DNA from: Candidatus Latescibacterota bacterium | Lineage (GTDB): Bacteria > Latescibacterota > UBA2968 > UBA8231 | NCBI GenBank assembly: GCA_965217585.1 | Contig: OZ244561.1 | Location: 5,888,001 to 5,952,000 of the forward strand | DNA length: 64,000 nt | Direction: 5' to 3' | Shown here: positions 7,927-16,651 of the stretch, piece by piece | Position numbering within the stretch: the stretch's first letter is position 1 | Layout of the letters: every line of letters starts with the position of its first letter | Made by a program: the position numbers and the translations under genes | Notes under the pieces: generated by a model | Told to the model about the DNA's origin: nothing | The model's input: the letters and a program-made list of their open reading frames with translations, nothing else | Database searches by the model: none

Positions 7927-9411
7927 ATGGAACTAAAATACCTGCTCGAAGAGCTATCTGACGCCTGCGTGGAGGGCGACCGAGATATTGATCTAGGGCA
8001 GATCCGCTGCGATTCGCGCTGCGTGGAGGAAGGCGACTTTTTCGTGGCCGTGCGCGGGGGGCAGGAGCAGGACCGGCACCGCTTTGTCGACCATGCCATA
8101 GCCCGTGGTGCCCGCGCCGTGATGGTGGAGGAACGGATCGATTGTGCTGGAGCGACCCGGGTACAGGTGGCGGACTGCCGGGCCGCGCTAGCCCGAATGG
8201 CGGCGCGCTTTTACGCCTTTCCCGGACGAGCGCTGCTCAACGTCGGCGTCACTGGCACCAACGGCAAGACCACTACTGCCTTCCTGCTCAGGAGCGCCCT
8301 CGAAACCGCCGGTTTGCCGTGCGGGTACTTGGGGACCTTGGGATTCTGGGGCGATGGCGAATTGGAGAAGATGGACAATACTACGCCCGAGGCCTCCCAA
8401 CTCCACGGCTTACTGCGTCGGCTCGTCGATGCTGGCAAAAAAGCGGCCGTGCTAGAAGTATCTTCCCATGGGTTGGCGTTAAAGAGGGTGGAGGGCATTC
8501 CCTTTCGGGCGGCGGTCTTTACCAATTTGACGCGCGATCACTTGGATTTTCACGGGACTTGGGAGGCGTACTTTGCGGCCAAGGCCCGGCTTTTCGAGGG
8601 TCTGCAAGAAGACGGGATTGCGGTGATTAACGCCGACGACGCCCACGCCGACGAATTGGTCCGCAGGACCCAGGCGCGCGTCGTGACGTACGGTTGTGGC
8701 CCGGAGGCCGAGGTGCGGTTGCAAAGCGCGACCGCTAGTCCACAGGGAACGCACCTGTGTTTGGATACCTCAGCCGGTCCCATCGAGATGCAGACGCATT
8801 TGATCGGCCGTTTCAACTACTACAACCTCATGGCCGTCGTGGCCACCGGGTTGGCACTGGATTTGGATGCCGCGGCTCTGTGCCGTGGCTTGGTCGCCCT
8901 AGAGAGCGTCCCGGGCCGCTGCGAGCGGATCGTCGAGGGGCAGGACTTCGCAGTTATTGTGGATTACGCCCACACTCCAGACGCGCTGGAGAGGGTTTTG
9001 CACGCCGCACGAGACTTGGGGAGCGGCCGCTTGATTTGCGTCTGCGGCTGCGGTGGAGATCGAGACCGCGGCAAGCGGGCACTGATGGGCCGTGCCGTCG
9101 GCGAGTTGGCCGATTGGACGGTCTTGACTTCGGACAATCCGCGCAGCGAGGACCCGCAGCATATCATCGACGAGATGGCCGCTGGCGCGCCCGACAGCAG
9201 TGCGATACACAGCGAAGTTGACCGCGCACAAGCCATTGCCATATCCCTCACCGCCGCGCATAGCGGGGATGTCGTGGTCATTGCCGGCAAGGGGCATGAA
9301 CAGGAACAGGAGCTGGCTGATCGCGTCGTGGCCTTTGACGACCGCGAAGTTGCGCGGCGCGTGCTGCGGGGCTTGCGCGCTGGGGAAAGGCAGCTATCAT
9401 GCGCGCCGTGA
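7927..9411 (+). CDS. murE: UDP-MurNAc-dipeptide:meso-DAP ligase
   Basis: GTNGKTT, EVSSH, NLTRDHLDFH, DYAHTPD, DNPR (DAP-type specificity motif). Confidence 0.96.
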   Translation: MELKYLLEELSDACVEGDRDIDLGQIRCDSRCVEEGDFFVAVRGGQEQDRHRFVDHAIARGARAVMVEERIDCAGATRVQVADCRAALARMAARFYAFPGRALLNVGVTGTNGKTTTAFLLRSALETAGLPCGYLGTLGFWGDGELEKMDNTTPEASQLHGLLRRLVDAGKKAAVLEVSSHGLALKRVEGIPFRAAVFTNLTRDHLDFHGTWEAYFAAKARLFEGLQEDGIAVINADDAHADELVRRTQARVVTYGCGPEAEVRLQSATASPQGTHLCLDTSAGPIEMQTHLIGRFNYYNLMAVVATGLALDLDAAALCRGLVALESVPGRCERIVEGQDFAVIVDYAHTPDALERVLHAARDLGSGRLICVCGCGGDRDRGKRALMGRAVGELADWTVLTSDNPRSEDPQHIIDEMAAGAPDSSAIHSEVDRAQAIAISLTAAHSGDVVVIAGKGHEQEQELADRVVAFDDREVARRVLRGLRAGERQLSCAP

Positions 9412-10775
9412 CCCTGAGCGAGATGATGCAGTGGACGGCTGCCGATCTGGTCGGCAGCCTCCGGCCAGATTGCGTCCTACAAGCGGTGGCGACCGACAGC
9501 CGGTCCATCGACGAGGGCGAGTTGTTCGTTGCGCTGCGGGGCGAGCACTTCGACGGGCACGACTTCGTCGAGGCCGCCTTTGCCCGCGGCGCGTGCGCGG
9601 CCTTAGTGGAACGCCGTTGGCCAGGGTTGGACCGGGCGGCCTCCGGTCCGCTGTTGGCCGTTGACTCGACGCTGCAAGCGCTGGGCGATATGGCGCGGGC
9701 GTATCGACGGCACTGGGAGGTACCAGTGGTGGCTGTCGTAGGCAGCGCGGGCAAGACGACGACCAAGGAAATGATCGCCGCTGTCTTGGGACAGCGGTAT
9801 AGCATTTTGAAAACCATCGGCAGCGAGAACAACGAGATAGGGGTGCCCCGCACTCTGCTGCAATTGTCGCCGAGCCACGAGGCGGTGGTGTTGGAACTGG
9901 CGGCGCGGCGGGTAGGGGACATTCGCTACTTGTGTTCGGTTGCCGAGCCTACTATTGGGGTTCTGCTCAACATTGGGACTGCACACATAGAATTTTTCGG
10001 GTCTGTAGAAGGAGTGGCCAAAGCTAAAGGGGAGCTTCTGGATTATTTGGACGAGTCTTTAACGGCTCTCGTCAACGCCGATGACCGTGTCGTGGCTCAG
10101 GAGGTAAAGAGGACAAAGGGGAGACTCCTGACCTTCGGTTTTGCGCGTGAGAGCGAGTTTCGTGGGGAGAGACTCGTACTCGACCAGAAGGGCTGCGGCC
10201 ACTTCCTTCTACACCATGTTCCCATCGATCTCAATATTCCGGGGCGGCACAACGCGTACAACGCCTTGGCGGCGGCCGCCGTCGGCCGCATCCTCGGCGT
10301 GCCTTGGGAAGGGATCCAGCGTGCCCTCGCCGATTTTCGGGCGGTGAGCCAACGCGGCGAGATCGTGCGCAAAAATGGGATCGCAGTAATCGACGATTGC
10401 TACAACGCCAGTCCCGGCTCGATGTCGGCCGCACTCGACCTCCTCGTCGATGTGCCCGGTGAGCGGAAAATCGCCGTGCTCGGCGACATGCTAGAGCTCG
10501 GTGCGGAGAGCGGTCCGTTGCACGCGGCCGTCGGTGAGAAGGCTGCCGCGTGTGCCGATGTCGTACTGGCTGCTGGCCGCGAGAGCACGCACTTGGTGGC
10601 CGCGGCCCGCGCGGCTGGCATGGCTCAAGACGCGGCTCGCCACTTCGAGCAGCCCGAGCAACTCGGCGAATTCGCCGTGGTGCAATTGCGCCACGGCGAT
10701 GCGGTCTTAGTCAAGGCCTCTCGGGCCATGGCCTTTGACCGAGTCGTCGAGCGCATTCTGCAGCAGTTGAGATAG
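9399..10775 (+). CDS. murF: UDP-MurNAc-tripeptide:D-Ala-D-Ala ligase
   Basis: DGHDF, GSAGKTTTKE, DDCYNASP, GDMLELG, KASR. Confidence 0.95.
   Translation: MRAVTLSEMMQWTAADLVGSLRPDCVLQAVATDSRSIDEGELFVALRGEHFDGHDFVEAAFARGACAALVERRWPGLDRAASGPLLAVDSTLQALGDMARAYRRHWEVPVVAVVGSAGKTTTKEMIAAVLGQRYSILKTIGSENNEIGVPRTLLQLSPSHEAVVLELAARRVGDIRYLCSVAEPTIGVLLNIGTAHIEFFGSVEGVAKAKGELLDYLDESLTALVNADDRVVAQEVKRTKGRLLTFGFARESEFRGERLVLDQKGCGHFLLHHVPIDLNIPGRHNAYNALAAAAVGRILGVPWEGIQRALADFRAVSQRGEIVRKNGIAVIDDCYNASPGSMSAALDLLVDVPGERKIAVLGDMLELGAESGPLHAAVGEKAAACADVVLAAGRESTHLVAAARAAGMAQDAARHFEQPEQLGEFAVVQLRHGDAVLVKASRAMAFDRVVERILQQLR
9953..10236 (+). other. candidate large structured RNA domain embedded in the murF coding sequence
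   Basis: Nested stems 9953-9962/10227-10236, 10004-10019/10197-10213 (16 bp), 10035-10041/10184-10190, plus internal hairpins. G-U wobbles favour the sense strand. Coincides with atypical codons. Confidence 0.6.
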
Positions 10776-10830
10776 CTCGCTCCCACCGGGCGCGTTCTCA
10801 ATCCCCTAGCAACTAGCGAGTTCCTTACTG

Positions 10831-11949
10831 ATGATAGCTGTTCAGCGCGACAGCATGTGCGTGTTGCTGATCTGCCTGACGCTGGTAGGTCTGGGGCTAG
10901 TCATGGTCTATAGCGCTAGTTCGGTTTTGGCGAACGTGCGTTTTGGTGACTCGGGCCTCTTTCTAAAGAAGCAATCCATCCGCGTCCTCATTGGCTTGGT
11001 GCTCATGCTCGCGTTTTCGCGGCTACCTTTGCATTGGTGGGCGCGGCTTTCGCGCCCAATCATGTTGTTGGCCCTCTTGTCGCTCTTGCTGGTCTTGGCG
11101 TGGGGCCATGGCGCAGCCCAACGCTGGTTGAGCATTCCGGCTTTGGGTGGTGGCTTGGCCTTTCAGCCGGCCGAGTTTGCCAAGCTGGCGCTGGTGCTCT
11201 ACTTGGCGGATGTCTTGGTGCGCAAGCGCGACGAGCTACACGACTTTAGCCGCGGGTTTATCCCCCGTTTGTTGGTCGTCGGCTTCGCCCTCGTGCTCAT
11301 CGTATTACAGCCCGATTTGGGGACGGCCATTGCACTGGGGCTGATTGCCTTGCTCATGCTGTGGGTCGGCGGGATGCGCTTGTATCACTTGGCCGGGGCT
11401 GGGTTGCTCGCGCTGTTGGGCGTTGGACTTTCCCTGATGCATTCGAGTTATCAGATGCGTCGTTTGCTCAACTTTATTGACCCAGAACGCGACCCGGATG
11501 GCTTCTATCAACTCAAGCAGTCGCTCTGGGGCATGGGCAACGGCGGTCTTTTGGGGGTGGGTTTGGGCAACAGCATGCAAAAAGAGCAGTACCTGCCCGA
11601 GCCACACACAGATTTTGTCTTCTCGGTCATCGGCGAGGAAATGGGGCTTGTGGGTACGCTGGTCGTACTAGGGCTTTTCGCGGCTTTCTCTTTTTACGGG
11701 TTGCGCATTGGGACCCGCGCCGGCGATACGTATGGTTTTTTGGTCGCCACCGGCATTACGGCGATGATTTCGATATACGCCCTGCTGAACATCGGCGTGG
11801 TCATCGGGGTACTACCCACCACTGGCTTGCCGCTACCCTTTGTCAGCTACGGAGGCTCGTCGCTGATGGGGAATATGGCGGGAGTGGGCATCTTGCTGGG
11901 GGTTGCCCGCACGGCCCCCGGACACCAAGAGGGCTTGGTGCGTGGGTAG
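10831..11949 (+). CDS. ftsW: SEDS peptidoglycan polymerase FtsW
   Basis: MVYSAS, QPAEFAK, QPDLGT, LPEPHTDF, LPFVSYGGSS. Confidence 0.95.
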   Translation: MIAVQRDSMCVLLICLTLVGLGLVMVYSASSVLANVRFGDSGLFLKKQSIRVLIGLVLMLAFSRLPLHWWARLSRPIMLLALLSLLLVLAWGHGAAQRWLSIPALGGGLAFQPAEFAKLALVLYLADVLVRKRDELHDFSRGFIPRLLVVGFALVLIVLQPDLGTAIALGLIALLMLWVGGMRLYHLAGAGLLALLGVGLSLMHSSYQMRRLLNFIDPERDPDGFYQLKQSLWGMGNGGLLGVGLGNSMQKEQYLPEPHTDFVFSVIGEEMGLVGTLVVLGLFAAFSFYGLRIGTRAGDTYGFLVATGITAMISIYALLNIGVVIGVLPTTGLPLPFVSYGGSSLMGNMAGVGILLGVARTAPGHQEGLVRG

Positions 11950-11951
11950 CG

Positions 11952-13337
11952 ATGAAGACTCTCTTCGACCAATATCGCCGCGTGCATCTCGTCGGCATCG
12001 GCGGAGCAGGCATGGAGGGCTTGGCCCGGCTCCTCGCTGCCAAAGGCTGCTCGGTAAGCGGCTCGGATCAGGCCGACTCGCGCAGCGTCGCGCTGCTGCG
12101 CCAAGAGGGATTCTCCGTCGCGGTGGGGCATGACGATCAGCTCGTACAAGGCGTGGATCTAGTGGTGTATTCGGCCGCTGTCCCGGCTGACAACCCCGAG
12201 CGGCGGGCTGCCGCGCAAGAGGGAATCCCCACGGCGAGTCGGGCCGAGGTGCTCGGGGAGCTGTCCCGCGCACCGTTGACCCTCGCCGTAGCTGGTGCCC
12301 ACGGCAAGACGACGACCGCTTCGATGGTGGCGGCGATCTTGCGCCGCGCCGGCCTCGATCCCCAGGTCTTGGTCGGGGGCTGGATAAACGGGCGGCCGCA
12401 GGCCGAGCTGGGGAGCGGCGAGATCTTCGTGGTGGAGGCCGACGAGTTTGCCGGCAGCTTCTTGCACCTGTATCCGAGCTTGGCCCTCGTGACAGGTATA
12501 GACGCCGAACACCTCGATTACTATGGGAGCTTGGAGGCCCTCGAACGGGCCTTCGGCCAATTTCTCGCGCGTCTGCCCTTCTGCGGCCGCAGCGTGTTGG
12601 CCGGGGACGGGCTGGTCGGGGAGCGGGTGCTGGCCGGCTTGCAGCGCCCCCATCAGACCTATGGCACGGATGGCGACAACGACTACCAGATCGCCGAGCT
12701 CGAAGAGCGGGCTTGGGGCAGCCGGTTTGCCCTGTGTTTCGACGGGCAAAAGCTAGGCGAGATCGAGTTGCAGGTCCACGGCGTACACAATGTCCGCAAT
12801 GCCGCTGGGGCCGCTGCGCTGACCTGTGCACTACAGGTGGAGTTCGCAGTGATCGCCGACGCTTTGGAGCAGTTTGGCGGGGCCGACCGGCGCTTTCAGC
12901 ACAAGGGGGAATTCGCCGGTGTGCTGGTCGTGGACGACTACGCTCATCACCCGGCCGAATTAGCGGTGGCCTTGGCCGCCGCGCGGCAGAGTGGTCGCCG
13001 AGTCATCGCCGTTTTCCAGCCCCACCTGTACTCGCGCACCCGCGAATTGGCTGCGGCCTTTGCCCGCGAGCTAGCCGCGGCCGACTACGTGGTGCTGGCC
13101 GCGGTCTTTGCCGCGCGGGAGGCCCCCATGCCCGGCGTGGACTCCGAGCTAATCGCGGGAGCCTTGCGCGCCAGCGGATACAAAACCGTGGAGTACCTGC
13201 CGGATAGGGAGCAGCTCGTCGCCCACTTGGTGGATATCTGTCGCCGGGGCGACTTGGTGCTGGTCATGGGGGCCGGTGACATCGGCGAGGCGGCTGCGGA
13301 ACTGACCGCGGCCTTGGCGACCGGAGAGCGCTCGTGA
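11952..13337 (+). CDS. murC: UDP-N-acetylmuramate-L-alanine ligase
   Basis: GIGGAGM, GAHGKTTT, EADE, DDYAHHP, FQPHLYSRT. Confidence 0.96.
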   Translation: MKTLFDQYRRVHLVGIGGAGMEGLARLLAAKGCSVSGSDQADSRSVALLRQEGFSVAVGHDDQLVQGVDLVVYSAAVPADNPERRAAAQEGIPTASRAEVLGELSRAPLTLAVAGAHGKTTTASMVAAILRRAGLDPQVLVGGWINGRPQAELGSGEIFVVEADEFAGSFLHLYPSLALVTGIDAEHLDYYGSLEALERAFGQFLARLPFCGRSVLAGDGLVGERVLAGLQRPHQTYGTDGDNDYQIAELEERAWGSRFALCFDGQKLGEIELQVHGVHNVRNAAGAAALTCALQVEFAVIADALEQFGGADRRFQHKGEFAGVLVVDDYAHHPAELAVALAAARQSGRRVIAVFQPHLYSRTRELAAAFARELAAADYVVLAAVFAAREAPMPGVDSELIAGALRASGYKTVEYLPDREQLVAHLVDICRRGDLVLVMGAGDIGEAAAELTAALATGERS

Positions 13338-14161
13338 ACCGCAAGCAAACCAAGGCGTGCAAAAAGTCGCTAACCGTGGCGGATCGAGGCCAGAAGAAGG
13401 TCCGCTGGCCTTGGATTGCGCTCTTGATCTTGGCCACGGGCAGCACCTTGGCGGCCTATCAGGTTGCCACCTACTTCGGTCAAGCCTCCTTCTTTGGCCT
13501 CAAGGCCATTGAGGTGGATGGGTTGCGGCGGCTCGATGGGGCGGATGTGCGTGCTGCCAGCGGCCTCGCGGCCGGTACCAATATTTTCGCCATCGACTTG
13601 GACGAGGTCGCGCAGCGGCTGGAGGCCATGTATTGGATCAAGCAGGCCCTCGTGGTGCGCAAGCCGCCCGACCGCATTGCCGTCGATATCGTCGAGTACC
13701 GCCAAGTGGCTTGGGTCGACTTGGGCCAGACCTACGGGGTCACGCCCGATGGCGTCCTGCTCCCCGTAGGCAGTACGGGCGACCGGCCGGTCGCCCCTCC
13801 ACGCAATTTGCCCGTCATATCTGGGCTGTCCGTCGGCGGCGACTCGCTGCGGCCGGGCGTGGCGGTGCCGGATTCCGCGCTACTCGCCATACTGCGCTGG
13901 TGGGGGGAGGCCACGGCCGCGGATGCCGAATTCTGCCTCAACGTGGCCGGCATCCAGCCGATATCCGGGGAGGGCATTCGCTTGCAGATGGCGGGAGACG
14001 GACTCGAAGTGCGCTTGCCCGCAAACGAGGCCGACCGCCGGCTCCGCACCATTCGCGAGCTGATGCCGCGCGTCCATCAGAATCATCCCGATCCGGCCTA
14101 TATCGACTTGCGCTATGCCGGCCAGATGGTCGTCGGCAAAAAGAAAGCGAAATCGGGATGA
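13334..14161 (+). CDS. ftsQ: cell division protein FtsQ/DivIB
   Basis: N-terminal TM, POTRA domain, LPVISG, C-terminal YIDLRY. Confidence 0.88.
   Translation: MNRKQTKACKKSLTVADRGQKKVRWPWIALLILATGSTLAAYQVATYFGQASFFGLKAIEVDGLRRLDGADVRAASGLAAGTNIFAIDLDEVAQRLEAMYWIKQALVVRKPPDRIAVDIVEYRQVAWVDLGQTYGVTPDGVLLPVGSTGDRPVAPPRNLPVISGLSVGGDSLRPGVAVPDSALLAILRWWGEATAADAEFCLNVAGIQPISGEGIRLQMAGDGLEVRLPANEADRRLRTIRELMPRVHQNHPDPAYIDLRYAGQMVVGKKKAKSG
13773..13800. repeat. degenerate GTAG-type REP-like palindrome inside ftsQ
   Basis: GTACGGGCGACCGGCCGGTCGCCCCTCC, 26/28 identical to the copies at 17108 and 29580. Confidence 0.85.
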
Positions 14162-15330
14162 ACTGGGGCGAGGAGCGGAGCACTATTATCGCCGGACTAG
14201 ACTTGGGCACGACCAAGGTTTGCGCCGTCATTGCCGAGCGGGTCGCCGAGCGGCAACTGCGGATTATCGGCATGGGCCAGTGCCCCTCAGAGGGGATGCA
14301 GCGCGGGGCGATCGTGGATGCAGAGAAGACCGTACACGCCATTGGCGAGGCCATGCGCCAAGCCGAACTGATGGCTGGGGTCGAAATTGACTCGGTGTAC
14401 GCTGGCATTTCTGGCGAATACATCGCCAGCCTCAACAGCACGGGCATGGTGGCCGTCGGCGGCGAAGGCGGATGGATCGGAACACAGGACCGCGCCCGGG
14501 TCCTCGCTGCGGCCGGCGTGGTCAAAGTGCCGTTCGACCGCGAGGTGCTGCACGTTTTGCCCCAAGAGTTTGCCGTCAATGGCCAGCGGGGCATTCTCGA
14601 TCCCGTAGGTATGTATGGCGTGCGCTTAGAGGCCAGTGTACACGTGGTCACCAGCTCGGTTGCCGCGGTGCGGAACATCTGCCACAGCATCCTCCGCGCT
14701 GGCGTCGATGTGCGCAGTGTCGTTCTCGGTCCGCTTGCTTCGGGCTACGCCGTCCTCAGCGAGGACGAGAAGCAGATGGGGGTTTGCCTGCTCGACATCG
14801 GTGGCGGCACGACCGATGTGGCGGTCTTCATCGGCAAAGGATTGCGCCACTCGGGCATCATCGGGTTGGGCGGGCAGAACGTGACCAACGACATCGGCGT
14901 TGGGCTACGTACCACGCGGGCCGAGGCCGAGCGGGTCAAGTGCGCGGGCGCGCCTAGCGAGACTGTTGCCCACATCGTCGAGGCGCGGATGGAGGAGATA
15001 TTGGCTCTAGCCCGCAAGAATGTCTATACCGCGTTGCCCAATGTCGCGCTAGGCGCGGGCATCGTCCTCACGGGCGGGGCAGCGCAAATCGCCAGAGCCG
15101 TGGCCTTGGCCGAGCGGGTCTTTGGCATGCCCGTGCGTCTGGGCGTCCCGGTCGGGTTGGAGGGGGCCGCGGAGCTGGCCAGCCCGCCGTATGCTACGGC
15201 GCTGGGCCTGCTTCTCCACGGAGCGGAGCAACAGCAGGAGAAAAACCAAAAAGAAGCGCAGGTGCTGGTCGAAGACTCCTTCGATTCAGTATTTGGGCGC
15301 GTAAAAAAGTGGTTACAACCACGGGACTAG
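14158..15330 (+). CDS. ftsA: cell division protein FtsA
   Basis: GLDLGTTKV, LDIGGGTTD, VLTGG, C-terminal amphipathic FGRVKKWL. Start ATG 14158 overlaps the ftsQ stop. Confidence 0.95.
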   Translation: MNWGEERSTIIAGLDLGTTKVCAVIAERVAERQLRIIGMGQCPSEGMQRGAIVDAEKTVHAIGEAMRQAELMAGVEIDSVYAGISGEYIASLNSTGMVAVGGEGGWIGTQDRARVLAAAGVVKVPFDREVLHVLPQEFAVNGQRGILDPVGMYGVRLEASVHVVTSSVAAVRNICHSILRAGVDVRSVVLGPLASGYAVLSEDEKQMGVCLLDIGGGTTDVAVFIGKGLRHSGIIGLGGQNVTNDIGVGLRTTRAEAERVKCAGAPSETVAHIVEARMEEILALARKNVYTALPNVALGAGIVLTGGAAQIARAVALAERVFGMPVRLGVPVGLEGAAELASPPYATALGLLLHGAEQQQEKNQKEAQVLVEDSFDSVFGRVKKWLQPRD

Positions 15331-15366
15331 CGGCGGTGCTAGCCCCGAAAATCAAGGAGGAATACC

Positions 15367-16563
15367 ATGGCAATTAGGTTGATCGATAATGAGCATCGGG
15401 CGCGAATCAAGGTCGTCGGCGTCGGTGGCAGCGGCGGCAATGCCATCAACCGCATGATCGAGTCCGGGATGCACGGCGTTGAATTCGTCGCCGTCAACAC
15501 GGATGCGCAGGCACTGGAGTCCTCGCGGGCCGACTTCCCCATTTGCATTGGCAGCAGCGTCACGCGGGGCTTGGGTGCCGGTGCCGACCCGGAAAAGGGC
15601 CGGCAAGCTGTTGAAGAAGACAAAGACAAGGTCGCTAAGCAGCTACAGGACTCGGATCTGATCTTCATCACGGCCGGCATGGGTGGCGGCACGGGCACAG
15701 GGGCTGCGCCCATAGTAGCGGAAGTCGCCCGCGGTCAAGGGGCTTTGGCGGTGGGTATCGTTACCGAGCCTTTCCTAATGGAAGGCTCCCCGCGCATGAA
15801 AAGTGCCAAAAGCGGGATTGCCGAGCTCAAGGACCAAGTTGACACCTTGATCACCATCAAGAACCAGCGTCTGCTGACCGTCTGCGGCCGCGACACCACT
15901 CTCGAGGATGCGTTTCTCAAGGCCGACGAAGTGCTGATGCAGGCCACGCGCGGCATTTCCGACCTGATTACGATCCCGGGCATGGTCAATCTCGACTTCA
16001 ATGACGTGCGCACTGTGATTTCTAAGGGCGGGGACGCGATTATGGGCCTTGGGGAGCACAGTGGCGAAGAGCGGGCCGTGGAGGCTGCTCGCAAGGCGAT
16101 CAACAGCCCGCTTTTGGAGGACGTGTCGATCGCCGGTGCCAAGGGCGTGTTGATCAATATCGCCGGCGACTCCAATCTCACGCTCTACGAGGTCAACGAG
16201 GTCATGTCGCTGATCAACGAGGCCGCCGGCTCGGATGCCGAGATCATCTTCGGCACCGTAACCGACGGCAGCTTGACCGAGAACATCCGCGTGACGGTCA
16301 TAGCCACGGGCTTCAGCCTGAACAAGGACGGCGAAGCCGAGCCGCCTGCCCGCGCACAAGAGGAGCCGGTGCAGGACGTGGAGTCGGATCCGCTAACCAT
16401 CGGCAGCCCGATCCTCGTCGGCAATGCGGGCACCTCCTTGGACGTGCCCACGTATCTGCGCAACGGTCACAGCACCCCTCAGGAGCATCAGGAGCCAGAG
16501 CGCCCCGCGGTTGGCGACTTGGACATTCCCACCTTCCTGCGCCGCAAAATGAACGCTCCTTAG
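15367..16563 (+). CDS. ftsZ: cell division protein FtsZ
   Basis: GGSGGNA, GMGGGTGTG, NLDFND, C-terminal DIPTFLRR. Confidence 0.98.
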   Translation: MAIRLIDNEHRARIKVVGVGGSGGNAINRMIESGMHGVEFVAVNTDAQALESSRADFPICIGSSVTRGLGAGADPEKGRQAVEEDKDKVAKQLQDSDLIFITAGMGGGTGTGAAPIVAEVARGQGALAVGIVTEPFLMEGSPRMKSAKSGIAELKDQVDTLITIKNQRLLTVCGRDTTLEDAFLKADEVLMQATRGISDLITIPGMVNLDFNDVRTVISKGGDAIMGLGEHSGEERAVEAARKAINSPLLEDVSIAGAKGVLINIAGDSNLTLYEVNEVMSLINEAAGSDAEIIFGTVTDGSLTENIRVTVIATGFSLNKDGEAEPPARAQEEPVQDVESDPLTIGSPILVGNAGTSLDVPTYLRNGHSTPQEHQEPERPAVGDLDIPTFLRRKMNAP

Positions 16564-16651
16564 GGCGGTTGTCGCGCGCGGGCGATTTGGCTTATTTTAA
16601 CGCTTGATCGTTACTGTGCGCGATAGAATTCGCAGGGAGGGCGTTTTTTGC

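Noticed and set aside
13633-14157. 175-aa N-terminal extension of FtsA in the ORF track
   Set aside because: Alternative frame of ftsQ; FtsA homology starts at ATG 14158
14331-14401. tRNA gene
   Set aside because: No T-loop or D-loop consensus, no CCA, and it lies within the ftsA CDS; kept only as a structure candidate
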